Shown here piece by piece: positions 39,057-48,582 of a stretch of 64,000 nucleotides of DNA (positions within the stretch are counted from its first letter, which is position 1; the number at the start of each line of letters is the position of its first letter). Location of the stretch: the IMG/VR virus record IMGVR_UViG_3300043786_000977, positions 144,909 through 208,908 of that record; one strand, 5' to 3'. A program made the translations under genes and the position numbers. The notes under the pieces were generated by a model. It saw only the letters and a program-made list of their open reading frames with translations. It was not told the origin of the DNA and searched no databases.

Positions 39057-39330
39057 CACAGGTACGTAAAGCAGAACGGGTACTGATCACCCCTAAGCTT
39101 AACACTCACAGGTACCCCGCACAGGTACCTGTGACATATTGGCATACCTGTGACATATTGTCACACCTGTCGTCACATGTGCACTTACCCGGTAGGTGTT
39201 CATTTATGTACAGGCATATAACAGGTTAATAGACAGCCCCGGCCTCACTGGTACAGTAAACATTTGGGGGTATGAGGAACCAAAACCCAAAACCCTTAAT
39301 CGTATACCGTTATACGTTATAACAGGTACA
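39057..39330. repeat. Intergenic cluster of ACAGG(TAC) direct and inverted repeats
   Basis: CACAGGTAC x3, 16-nt direct repeat TACCTGTGACATATTG x2, inverted repeat TGTGAC-ATATT-GTCACA. Confidence 0.75.
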
Positions 39331-39409
39331 AGGTCTGGTATATCCGTTAGTGACTGGCATGATGATCGGATATAACCAATAGGTAAAACAAAGGCAAAGG
39401 AGGCAAGCA

Positions 39410-40273
39410 ATGCTTAAAGCAAAATACAAATACGCTGTTACACACGAGGGACGTGTGCACAGGGACGACCTGATGACCACCGCCATCGTACTGGCATCGG
39501 ATGCGGTGACCATGGTTAGCAGGCGTCCCCCGACAGCCGATGAACTGGAAGATCCCGAGGTTCTGGTGTTTGATACGGGCCACCGGCATGAACCGGAAAA
39601 GGGTAACTTCGATCACCATCAGTTGCACGATTCGCACGAAGCCACGTGTGCGTTGTGGATGGTTATGCAGCATATGGGGCTCCACGAGGCCATGATGGAC
39701 CTGTTCTCATGGTACAAGATCACGGCAGTGGTAGACAGCAAGGGTCCGTTCCGTTTCGCTGAATCAGTTGGCGCCCGGTGGGATAACATCTGTGGGTTGA
39801 TCGGGCCGTTGGATGACTACTTGTCCGATAAACTGCGCAAGGTGACGACGGTTGACAAGTCCACTGCTCCCTGGCTGGTTGAGGTTGGCGAGTCTGTGAT
39901 GGCTACGGTCAACGGGTACCTGCCGTTCGTACAGAAAGCAGAACAGGGTGCCGTTCGATCGGTTGAGATACGGGACGTACATGGTCTGGTTGCACTGGAC
40001 TGTGACCCTGCGGATATCGAGGCGTATCTTGCTATATGGCGGCGCCGGCTGCAGGCGGCCACAGGTCAGACATATGCGTTCTCGGTCACCCGGGACGATC
40101 GGGGTCCGGGTCTGTGTCTCTACCGCTATGCGGATGACAAACGGGTCAACTTCCAGCAGTGTACTGGGGATCCGGCAACCGTGTTCGTCCACGCTGGAGG
40201 TTTCCTTGTCAAGACCAAGGAACCAGACATGGACGAAGCCAAACGGTTGATTCTACGGTCAATCAAAGTGTAG
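39410..40273 (+). CDS. MYG1-like (DHH-type) nuclease/phosphoesterase
   Basis: VTHEGRVHRDD, FDTG, FDHHQ, FVHAGGF. Confidence 0.75.
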   Translation: MLKAKYKYAVTHEGRVHRDDLMTTAIVLASDAVTMVSRRPPTADELEDPEVLVFDTGHRHEPEKGNFDHHQLHDSHEATCALWMVMQHMGLHEAMMDLFSWYKITAVVDSKGPFRFAESVGARWDNICGLIGPLDDYLSDKLRKVTTVDKSTAPWLVEVGESVMATVNGYLPFVQKAEQGAVRSVEIRDVHGLVALDCDPADIEAYLAIWRRRLQAATGQTYAFSVTRDDRGPGLCLYRYADDKRVNFQQCTGDPATVFVHAGGFLVKTKEPDMDEAKRLILRSIKV

Positions 40274-40330
40274 ACGTCGCAGGTACCGGGCGGTATCTGC
40301 GCAAGTAAAACGAAACAAGGAGACTGAATC

Positions 40331-40828
40331 ATGGCAAAGATTACGATTATGCAGTTGGGTGAGGGCTTGGTTACGGACACAGCGACAGGGATGAAAGGCA
40401 TGCTCACGCACTGCCATGTCAATCCCATGGGTCACACCATGTACGTGTTCCAGCCCAAAGGCCTCAATCCGGAAACCGGACATCCGCTGGAGCGTACCTT
40501 CATCGACGAATCGCGTATCCAGGGCGGCACGGCGGAAGAGATCGAAGTGCCCACGGAAGCGCTCGGCACGGATGTCGAGGACAAGGCCTCCGGGCTGAAG
40601 GGCAAGGCAGTCGGCCTGGTGGTACACCTGTCCGGCTGTGTGCACATCGACATCCAGCCCACGGGCAGGGTGGCCAAGACTGGCGGTGCGCCGGAACGTG
40701 TGGATGTGGATATCCGCCGGCTCAAGGGTGCCAAGATCCCCGATCTCACGAAGGCCGAACGGGCCAAGGATCAGAAGGTGAAGCCGAGTCCGTCGGCCAT
40801 GCCGAAGGGCAACGCCTGGGGATTCTAA
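40331..40828 (+). CDS. Hypothetical protein with internal duplicated domain
   Basis: Two halves: VTDTATGMKG..QPKG and VEDKASGLKG..QPTG. Confidence 0.7.
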   Translation: MAKITIMQLGEGLVTDTATGMKGMLTHCHVNPMGHTMYVFQPKGLNPETGHPLERTFIDESRIQGGTAEEIEVPTEALGTDVEDKASGLKGKAVGLVVHLSGCVHIDIQPTGRVAKTGGAPERVDVDIRRLKGAKIPDLTKAERAKDQKVKPSPSAMPKGNAWGF

Positions 40829-40852
40829 CCGTATAACAACCAAAGGAGCAGA

Positions 40853-41146
40853 ATGAAACACGAAGCAATCACAGAAGCCTGGGAAGCACGTGACAAGCGC
40901 CACGTCGAGGGCCGCAAGCTCTACGCCGAGGGCGACAAGTGCCGCGCCGAGGGCGACAAGTGCCGCGCCGAGGGCGACAAGCTCTGCGCCCAGGGCAACA
41001 ACCTCTGCGCCCAGGGCAACAACCTCTCCGACGCGGGCGACAACCTCTCCGACGCGGGCGACAAGCTCTACGCCCACGCCGTTATTGAAAAACACGGTGG
41101 CAAGGCCATTATTGACTGGACGACCGGAGAAATCGAGACAGAGTAA
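40853..41146 (+). CDS. Heptad-repeat small protein (AEGDKL-type repeats)
   Basis: Eight 7-aa repeats. Confidence 0.75.
   Translation: MKHEAITEAWEARDKRHVEGRKLYAEGDKCRAEGDKCRAEGDKLCAQGNNLCAQGNNLSDAGDNLSDAGDKLYAHAVIEKHGGKAIIDWTTGEIETE
40904..41071 (+). repeat. 8 x 21-nt coding tandem repeat
   Basis: GCCGAGGGCGACAAGTGCCGC-type units. Confidence 0.95.
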
Positions 41147-41155
41147 AGGAGAACG

Positions 41156-41494
41156 ATGAAAGAGAAAGAAAAGAACGCTGAGCCCGAGCCGATTCCGAAG
41201 CTTGAGCACATGAAGATGCGGTGGAGGATGGATACGAGCCATCCCACGATCGTGCGTATCGTGACGGATGAGAGTGATCCCTGGCACATCTGTCTGATGG
41301 ATATGGGCTTGCCTGGAGATGATGACGGCGAAGTCGCGGCCAAGGCGATCGTGGACCAGCACAACGCCGGGCTTACCAAGACGGCGGTGAACCACGTCGA
41401 CGCCTTGCCGGAAGACGAGGCTGGGGCACGCCACAGGACATCGGTGATCCGCCGCACCGGGCTTAAAGTCAAGGCAGCCAAGAAGAAAGGATAA
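41156..41494 (+). CDS. Hypothetical protein (paralog of 33463..33951)
   Basis: SD AAAGGAG; shared motif. Confidence 0.65.
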   Translation: MKEKEKNAEPEPIPKLEHMKMRWRMDTSHPTIVRIVTDESDPWHICLMDMGLPGDDDGEVAAKAIVDQHNAGLTKTAVNHVDALPEDEAGARHRTSVIRRTGLKVKAAKKKG

Positions 41495-41497
41495 GCC

Positions 41498-41899
41498 ATG
41501 GGTGCGCCTACCGTTACATGTGCGATCTGCGGCAGTCAGGTTTCGAAGCGTAGCACGATGCTCGTCGAACCTCACGGCCGCATATGTCGTACACATCCTG
41601 AAGTGGAACAACACGAAGCGAAGCTTGCGGAGATGGCAGCTAAGGTCCGTGATGATCGAAAGATCGAGAAAGCACTGCGGTCGCTGCATGTCATAAGCCT
41701 CGTCGAGTACGTCCGTATGGCGGCCTATATGCAGGATGTGGCGCTTGAACTCGTGCTCTCTGCTTTTGCTTGGCGAATACCTCAGTCGATCAGGGCAGAG
41801 GTTGAGCGCCGGGTGAGGGAACTGGGGCCGATCACGCCTAAGGAATACGGGGAAGCAGTGAACATGGCTGCGTACCTGGCGTCCGAGGGCATGGCGTAG
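41498..41899 (+). CDS. Hypothetical Zn-ribbon protein
   Basis: CAIC...ICRTH. Confidence 0.6.
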   Translation: MGAPTVTCAICGSQVSKRSTMLVEPHGRICRTHPEVEQHEAKLAEMAAKVRDDRKIEKALRSLHVISLVEYVRMAAYMQDVALELVLSAFAWRIPQSIRAEVERRVRELGPITPKEYGEAVNMAAYLASEGMA

Positions 41900-42272
41900 A
41901 GCCAGGAGAAAGGGGTCACACCCTTTCTCTTAATTATCAGAGCATACGGGTTATAAGAAATAATGGTACCGATCTATATCAATTAACGTCCACAGATGTG
42001 ACGCTCAATTTGGTATGGTGGAGATGTGCCGGATACGAAGAGGTGTTTCATGAGCGTGTTTACCAATCGCAACGGGATCATGTACTATGTGGTCCATGGA
42101 CTCGTATTCTTCTCCCGACAGGCTGCACTTGAAGAGTGCCAGCAGTAGGGTACGATAAGCCGACCTGGCTCCCTGAACTCAATAGGCCAGTACAAACCGC
42201 AAACGATGAAGGGTTAGTTTGCGGCCGACAATCCCGACACCTGTCGGGCTTCTTTCTTTTTAGCTATTGCAG

Positions 42273-42301
42273 TTGACATTGATGCATAGATAACATAGGA
42301 T
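42273..42301 (+). promoter_or_regulatory. Sigma70-like promoter at the start of the virion/RNAP module
   Basis: TTGACA-17nt-TAGGAT directly after a hairpin and T-tract terminator. Confidence 0.6.
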
Positions 42302-42347
42302 GTAAACATTGTATTGGGCCATATAGGCTCTAACCCGGAGGATTAAC

Positions 42348-42950
42348 ATGAGTCAAGCATTACCGACAGCAACACCTGAACAGATTCTGGAATTCAAGAA
42401 GGGTGCTGCTGCCCGTTACAAGGAACAAGGTATCAGTCCGGCTGATGCCACCCGTCTATTCGACGCACATATGTCGAAGCTGGCCAACGATCTCGGTTTA
42501 ACGAGTAAACCGTTGAGCCCCAAGGCACAGAAGATTGCTGCAGCGATGAAGACGATCATCAAGCAAGCAAAGCCTAAACATGACTTTACTCTTGCCGAGG
42601 TTGCACGGCAGCGGGCCAAGAAGGGCCCGTGGTGGAAGGTCCAGCGCGTTAAGGGTACAGATGTGAGTGATGAAGAACGCGCTTCAGCTGAGAAATCTCT
42701 CGCAGCCCAGAAGAAGGCTGAAGAAGCCAAGGATAAAGATAAGGATAAAGAAAAGAAACCTGGCCGCATTCGTTCAGCTGCTGTCGGAGCCGGGCGTGGC
42801 GCACTAGCAGGTGGAGCGAGCGGGGTTGCGTTATCCGCCCTCGCCGAACTTCTTCATAGCCGTCGGTATCCCCACGATCCTTTTGCCGGCGCTGGTATAG
42901 GTGCTGGAGCTGGTGGCCTCATAGGTAGCGTCATCGGCGCAAATAAGTAA
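42348..42950 (+). CDS. Glycine-zipper protein with shared N-terminal module
   Basis: C-terminal GxxxG-rich segment. Confidence 0.7.
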   Translation: MSQALPTATPEQILEFKKGAAARYKEQGISPADATRLFDAHMSKLANDLGLTSKPLSPKAQKIAAAMKTIIKQAKPKHDFTLAEVARQRAKKGPWWKVQRVKGTDVSDEERASAEKSLAAQKKAEEAKDKDKDKEKKPGRIRSAAVGAGRGALAGGASGVALSALAELLHSRRYPHDPFAGAGIGAGAGGLIGSVIGANK

Positions 42951-42994
42951 ATACTAATACACCGAAATACGAATAGTTGACACAGGAGTCAAGA

Positions 42995-43627
42995 ATGCGC
43001 ATTACCAATATATTACCGAATCCCCGTTACTTCTCTTACGCCAACACCGTAGGCACGACATTGAAGCCGGGTGAGACGTCGATTGAGTTACCGCTTACCG
43101 CCATTCATAACACGTCACTGTGGAAGGATATCGATGGCGGGTGTGTTAAGCTGACACTCAACGAGGCCGATAAGTTGTTCCTCAACAAGTTACTGCGTGT
43201 AACCGCGGCCGATGCTGTGCCTGAGGTTAAGACCAAAGCGGGTAAACAAACAACACGGCAACGGCGTCAACAACAGGCCAAGCTACAGCGTATAGCCCGT
43301 GAGGCTGAGGCAGCAGAGATAAGGAAGAAGGCGCCCAAGCTGATAAATCCGGGTGGGGCTACAGGGCAGCCTGTCTTCGGTAAAGATACACCGATTCCCG
43401 TTGTAGAGTTAGGCAAGGCCGAGTCACTTGAACAACTCAAGCGGCACAATCACGGTGTCGAACTTAAACGTGCAACGATACCCACCGGGGTACCCAGTAA
43501 TCCAGCAGGTTCGGCCGCAGGGCAACCTGTCTTCAGTCCCGGCCCTGGCCCGGGTACGGAGAACAAGGGTATAGGCAAGGCGATACCGACGACCGTTGAC
43601 AACATGAAGCGAGGCAAGCTGGTATGA
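42995..43627 (+). CDS. Hypothetical protein
   Basis: SD CAGGAG. Confidence 0.65.
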   Translation: MRITNILPNPRYFSYANTVGTTLKPGETSIELPLTAIHNTSLWKDIDGGCVKLTLNEADKLFLNKLLRVTAADAVPEVKTKAGKQTTRQRRQQQAKLQRIAREAEAAEIRKKAPKLINPGGATGQPVFGKDTPIPVVELGKAESLEQLKRHNHGVELKRATIPTGVPSNPAGSAAGQPVFSPGPGPGTENKGIGKAIPTTVDNMKRGKLV

Positions 43628-44448
43628 GAAAAAGAACCCCGTTAGGCACTAAACCGGGTGCTGTTTGGGGGTCCGAAAAGAGTGGGTATCGTCACGAGGT
43701 ACTCCCGGGAGAAGGACCACCCGACAGACTTACAATACCTGTAGCAGCAATAAGTGGACGACAGGCAGGACGTCTAACGCCGGCCGAACGGAAATACCAC
43801 GCAGGAGTATACGAAGTCGTAGATGCAAGAGAGGCAGCAGTACGTATGGCAGCTAGATCAAAAGGACAGTTGAGACCCATCAATGGTGGGCTGGATGACG
43901 CACAGGTACCCCTGACGCGTAAGCAGGCGCAGCCGCGGCAGGTGATAACCCAACCACAACCGATCATAGGGGACGATACAGAGGTCATTGAATCAAACGA
44001 ACTGGATGCCTTTGAGCCGGGTATGCAGCAGACTGCAGACCCGCGATCCGTGAAGGGCTGGGTGGAGGCGGTACCTGGTTTTGCACAACCACCGAGTCAT
44101 AGGGTGCAGTTACCCGGAACGTATTCCAATCTGGAGGCTCAGACACGGGCAGAACAAAGCATAGGTATACAGCAGAAGTACCTGGCCCAGCGGCGCCGTA
44201 TCATGCTTGAGTTGACGGATACGACACTCACTATGTCAGCGATCGACGTGATCGTTAACAAGTACAGCGTAACTGTGCTCTTGCCTCAACTCGCAGATGG
44301 TGGTACATTTATACCGCGCTGTGGATCCGAATTGACCATATCGATGGCAGACGAGTCCATCGGTTGTTACTTTCCCGGAGCCCACTTCGAGATCCCGCAG
44401 CTGAAACTAATCGGATTGACATTCATCCGTAAGGAAGAAGGTACATGA
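43624..44448 (+). CDS. Hypothetical protein
   Basis: Overlapping start/stop. Confidence 0.65.
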   Translation: MRKRTPLGTKPGAVWGSEKSGYRHEVLPGEGPPDRLTIPVAAISGRQAGRLTPAERKYHAGVYEVVDAREAAVRMAARSKGQLRPINGGLDDAQVPLTRKQAQPRQVITQPQPIIGDDTEVIESNELDAFEPGMQQTADPRSVKGWVEAVPGFAQPPSHRVQLPGTYSNLEAQTRAEQSIGIQQKYLAQRRRIMLELTDTTLTMSAIDVIVNKYSVTVLLPQLADGGTFIPRCGSELTISMADESIGCYFPGAHFEIPQLKLIGLTFIRKEEGT

Positions 44449-44583
44449 TAGACGCAGCCCTGATTCAGGATCTGGCACATGCCACAGGCTGTGCCAGAGT
44501 GCTATCTGCGGATGAGATTAAAACAATCCGGCAGAAGCTGGCCAATGCGTATGTAGATGACATTTTGGATAAGGAGGCACCCG

Positions 44584-44763
44584 ATGGAGAAGCGCAATGT
44601 AGTGGAAGGCAGGCGGACGCCACCCACCGAACTTGACCGTATAGACGGTGACTGGGATAAAGAGGCCTCGGCCGGCATGCAGATAGCCGATAGCCTGATG
44701 AGTACCATGGGTTATAAGCGTGTCGCTGGCCCGGTGAAGAAAGATACTAAGAAGCGCGACTAA
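44584..44763 (+). CDS. Small hypothetical protein
   Basis: SD AAGGAGG; RRTP...KEAS. Confidence 0.55.
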   Translation: MEKRNVVEGRRTPPTELDRIDGDWDKEASAGMQIADSLMSTMGYKRVAGPVKKDTKKRD

Positions 44764-44772
44764 GGAACATCT

Positions 44773-46719
44773 ATGGCGACCCAAAACGCAATGCGCGGTT
44801 TCTTTAACTGGGATGAGGCGAGTGGTATCACTAAGGCCGGCGCGGGCAAGTACCCGAATCCGTTCTGCGATATCGCAAGCGAATATATCCCCAAGGATAT
44901 CAAGGAAATCTTCGAGTGGTGCGAATACTTGATGTTAAGTGTCACGCCCTTCCGTACTGTATCCCAACGCGTGGTACGGTACTTCCTGACTGAATTGGTA
45001 CTGGAAGGCCAGTCCGATAACGAGCGTGAGCAGTACGAAGACTTCTTGAATGACCAGCTACATATCCTGCAGCAACTCGCTGAAATCGGCGACGATTATA
45101 TGTGCTACGGGCAATCATTCATCAGCATATACTTCCCCTTCGACCGGTTCCTTATCTGTCCCCAATGCAATACGACCTATCACGTCGCAACACTGCAGTA
45201 TAAGTTTGAGCGTACCAAGGGTACCTTTAAGGTACACTGTCCGCGGTGTGACGCACAGGTTGAGATGCGGCGTGAAGACAGGCGCAGTTCTGATACGTCC
45301 CGGGTTAAACTGATTCGCTGGAACCCTAAGGAAATACGCCTGCGCGTACATCCGATCAGCGGGCATATCGAGTACTACCTCAAGCTGGACAGCGAGTTCG
45401 TAAGCAAGATTCTGGACGGCGAGCCGTTCTATCTGAACGAAACACCGTGGGCGATCATTGACGCTTGTATCAAGAGCGATAAGTCCAAGAAGGAGTACCT
45501 GTTTAAGTTCAAGGATGATTCGATTTATCATCTACGGTGCAGCACCCTGGCCGGCTTACCCATCAAGGGTTGGGCCATCCCGCCTATTCTGCCCAACTTC
45601 AAACTGGCCTACTATGTGCAGTTACTACGCCGGTACGACGAGGCCATCGCCTTGGATTTCATTATACCGTTCCGTATTCTGTTCCCGAACAACACATCGC
45701 CCCAGGGGCAAGACGCATTGTCTGCGATCAGCATGTCATCCTTTATCGGACACATGCAGGGCATGATTAACGCCAAGCGCAAGAACCTGACGGATATACA
45801 GGTATCACCGTTCTCGATCGGTTACGAGATGTTGGGCGGCGAAGCGAAGACACTGGCACCCAAGGACAATATAGCCTTGGCTGTAGATGAACTGTTGAAC
45901 TCGTTGGGTTATCCGGCTGAGATGTATAAAGGTACCCTGGCCTTCCAGGCGTTCCCCGTTGCCTTGCGGCTATTCGAGAAGCAGTGGAACAGTTTGGTAG
46001 ATGGTTATGACGACTTTCTTTCGTGGTTATTGAAACGGTTATCACGTCACTTCATGTGGGGTGAGATAAAGGGATCGTTGCGCAGCGTTACCTTGGCTGA
46101 CGATATCGAACGTAAGGCCTTATCCTTGCAGGGTGCGGCCGGCGGCGATGTGTCCAAGCAGACGGCTTATCGGCCTATGGGCATCGATTACATGGAAGAA
46201 CAGAAGCGTGTGGTGGAGGAACAGGAAGCCATCCAGAAGTTGCAGCAGGAAGCCATGGCCCGTCAACAGGCCCAGGCTGGCCAGCCGCAGGGTGGGCAGG
46301 AGAGCGGTCCGTCGTACGGCGCGACACCCGGAGACGTACAGGAACAGGCCAAGGCTTTGGCCCAACAGCTGTTGCTACAGACACCAGAGACTATGCGTCG
46401 CGGTGAACTGATCAAGATCAAACACAGCAACCCCACGCTTCACGCGCTGGTGTTGCAGGCGATGGATGAGATGCGTAAAGAGATGGCGCGACAGGGTCAG
46501 GCCCAGATTATGGAACAGGCCAAGTCCGCGGAGATCATCGGTTTTGGTCCTGCGAATACGTTGCCGAGTCCTATTCGTATTGGTCTGCTTGTAGCTGACC
46601 AGTTAACCGAATTCGGACCACATGAACTACGTAAGATGGCTATGGACATTCGTGATAAGATACCCCATGCGGATGAGGCATTCCGTTATGTCTATCGGCG
46701 TATGATGGGTTGGGCATAA
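44773..46719 (+). CDS. Putative portal protein with Zn-ribbon insertion
   Basis: 648 aa; DYMCYGQSF (YGNAF-like), IRWNPKEI, IYHLR, helical stem segment; CPQC/CPRC insert. Confidence 0.6.
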   Translation: MATQNAMRGFFNWDEASGITKAGAGKYPNPFCDIASEYIPKDIKEIFEWCEYLMLSVTPFRTVSQRVVRYFLTELVLEGQSDNEREQYEDFLNDQLHILQQLAEIGDDYMCYGQSFISIYFPFDRFLICPQCNTTYHVATLQYKFERTKGTFKVHCPRCDAQVEMRREDRRSSDTSRVKLIRWNPKEIRLRVHPISGHIEYYLKLDSEFVSKILDGEPFYLNETPWAIIDACIKSDKSKKEYLFKFKDDSIYHLRCSTLAGLPIKGWAIPPILPNFKLAYYVQLLRRYDEAIALDFIIPFRILFPNNTSPQGQDALSAISMSSFIGHMQGMINAKRKNLTDIQVSPFSIGYEMLGGEAKTLAPKDNIALAVDELLNSLGYPAEMYKGTLAFQAFPVALRLFEKQWNSLVDGYDDFLSWLLKRLSRHFMWGEIKGSLRSVTLADDIERKALSLQGAAGGDVSKQTAYRPMGIDYMEEQKRVVEEQEAIQKLQQEAMARQQAQAGQPQGGQESGPSYGATPGDVQEQAKALAQQLLLQTPETMRRGELIKIKHSNPTLHALVLQAMDEMRKEMARQGQAQIMEQAKSAEIIGFGPANTLPSPIRIGLLVADQLTEFGPHELRKMAMDIRDKIPHADEAFRYVYRRMMGWA

Positions 46720-47021
46720 GGTACCGCCAGTAACGGTCAAATGGATAAGGGAGGATGATATGCGCAGATATTGTTGGATCTTCGGTGTGATTCTGGTAGC
46801 CGGTATAGTGCTGGTGAGCTAGTCAAAAAGGGACAAGCTTGGCAAGACGGAGACGGTGCTCATGAAGGAACTCTGAAGGCTAGCGGACAACACAGCTCGG
46901 CAGGGGCTGGATAACACCAGGCGGGATTTCGTACTTGAAGTACCAAGCAAAACGGTATAATGTAATCATACAGTTTGGTTCTACACGTAATACCGTGCGT
47001 CGAGAGATCTGGAGATAAGAC

Positions 47022-47513
47022 ATGTTAATGATTGGCGGCAAGACTGACCAGGGACACACTATACATTTGATCGTCGGACCTGAGAGTGAGTTCTACATGG
47101 ATATCCATGGTACACAAGCCATAGATATCACGCAGTTACTTGTGGCCATGAACGGCACCAAGAAGGTAGTACTTTCGTTGACACGCAGTAAGAGTGAAGT
47201 TCAGACGTCACAGCAAATGATCGCTGCTGAGATACCGCACCTTAATTCATTCGGGCAGGTGCGCACGGTTAAACCCACAGAAGGACCAGACCTCGATACT
47301 ATCCTGAGTCAGCCGGCGAACCCACAACCTGTAAAGAAGCCGATCAAGTCCGTTATAGGTCGGTGCAGTTATTGCGGTACACCGGATAGCACACTGATGG
47401 ACATTCCGAATTTCAAGATCTGCAAGTCGTGCATACAGATTGAGCTAGGTAAGTCGCGCTCGCAAAGTGACCAACAGGTAACAGCGGAAGCCGACAAGGT
47501 ACGTGGAGAATAG
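47022..47513 (+). CDS. Hypothetical protein with C-terminal Zn finger
   Basis: CSYC...CKSC. Confidence 0.6.
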   Translation: MLMIGGKTDQGHTIHLIVGPESEFYMDIHGTQAIDITQLLVAMNGTKKVVLSLTRSKSEVQTSQQMIAAEIPHLNSFGQVRTVKPTEGPDLDTILSQPANPQPVKKPIKSVIGRCSYCGTPDSTLMDIPNFKICKSCIQIELGKSRSQSDQQVTAEADKVRGE

Positions 47514-47515
47514 TC

Positions 47516-48166
47516 ATGACCCAATACAGTGGTTTGTTATACGCAATGGAACGACAGGAGAAACGCGCTTTCCTTGACGGTTATGAGGCGTGGCAGAACC
47601 GTAATCCCGTAGCTAGTACGGCAGCTTACTTTCTACCTTTCGGCGTGGGCTCGGCACTAAGCTTAGCCGATGCCGGTCGTTCATTCTCCAAGGGTAATAT
47701 AATGGGCGGCATCGGTAACACGCTGTTGGCCGGTGCCTCCTTCATCCCGGGCGGCGGGATCCTCGGTCAGGGCATTGTGAGAGGCGGTAAAGCAATAGCC
47801 AGGTTGCTGAGACTCGGGAAAGCCGGCGGCCGGCTCAGCAGAGTGGCTGCGGCGGGTAGTCGAGTTGCGCCTAAGATTATAAATGCAAACAACCGTATGG
47901 CAGGATTTACGGCACCGATACGTGGTTGGAAACCGACGACAGCTGCTGTAGGCTTGACTGTAGGTGGTGGTATGATGGAGGCGGGGCAGGGTGGTGGTAC
48001 TCCGTATGGGCCAGGCAATTATCACGGGCCTAATCTCAATGCTCGTATGGCAGAACCCTTCGACGAGGCAGGATTCTTCACACCACGCAGTGGGCCACCG
48101 ATGTTCCGGGGCCTAGCCGCGTTCAATCCAGGTGCAAACAGGAATACGTTACCATTTGGCGGATAA
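47516..48166 (+). CDS. Gly/Ala-rich putative virion-internal protein
   Basis: EKRA motif, glycine zipper. Confidence 0.6.
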   Translation: MTQYSGLLYAMERQEKRAFLDGYEAWQNRNPVASTAAYFLPFGVGSALSLADAGRSFSKGNIMGGIGNTLLAGASFIPGGGILGQGIVRGGKAIARLLRLGKAGGRLSRVAAAGSRVAPKIINANNRMAGFTAPIRGWKPTTAAVGLTVGGGMMEAGQGGGTPYGPGNYHGPNLNARMAEPFDEAGFFTPRSGPPMFRGLAAFNPGANRNTLPFGG

Positions 48167-48170
48167 ACCC

Positions 48171-48563
48171 ATGTTGTTACCTTCTGACATAGCTGGGCTG
48201 TTTAAACGGGCATCGGACTACGATACCAGTTTCAGTGGTGGTTCTCGTAGTCCCGGACTTCCTACGTTGGCAGACCTGGTACAGGCTGTGCGCCAGGACC
48301 GCGGTTTAACACCCGGGGAACAGGCACAGTTGCTTAGTCAGGTCCGTTCATTGGTGGGCAATGCGTCAGCGAATACCGATCTAGCTGCACTAGTTCATAA
48401 GGGACTGGGTGCCGGTTTGGGTTATCTGGTTGGTAAATACTTCGGAATGGGGATGATGGGTCGGTTGGTGTCTGCGGCTGCCGGTTTCGGCCTCGGACGT
48501 GTTCTGTATAACAAACTGAATGAACCGCCGAACCCGTATAGGGGATACAAGATCCTAGGTTGA
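48171..48563 (+). CDS. Glycine-zipper protein
   Basis: GLGAGLGYLVGKYFGMG. Confidence 0.6.
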   Translation: MLLPSDIAGLFKRASDYDTSFSGGSRSPGLPTLADLVQAVRQDRGLTPGEQAQLLSQVRSLVGNASANTDLAALVHKGLGAGLGYLVGKYFGMGMMGRLVSAAAGFGLGRVLYNKLNEPPNPYRGYKILG

Positions 48564-48582
48564 ACAATGAAAGGGTTGAACA

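Larger units (their letters stand above)
20684..41899 (+). other. Dense run of roughly 50 small co-oriented hypothetical (early/accessory) genes
   Basis: Tightly packed + strand ORFs with AGGAG SDs, overlapping start/stop codons and occasional terminator hairpins. Confidence 0.8.

Noticed and set aside
39149-39165. CRP/FNR binding site
   Set aside because: TGTGA-TCACA spacing is 7 nt, not 6; better explained as part of the local repeat cluster
40904-41071. Diversity-generating retroelement TR/VR
   Set aside because: Differences are not adenine-specific, the repeats are tandem within one ORF, and no reverse transcriptase is present
40259-41689. 476-aa minus-strand ORF
   Set aside because: Antisense shadow of SD-preceded + strand genes and the GC-rich tandem repeat; no recognisable motifs
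42150-42262. Riboswitch in the hairpin-rich gap before the virion module
   Set aside because: Hairpins fit a terminator plus one extra stem; no recognisable aptamer consensus
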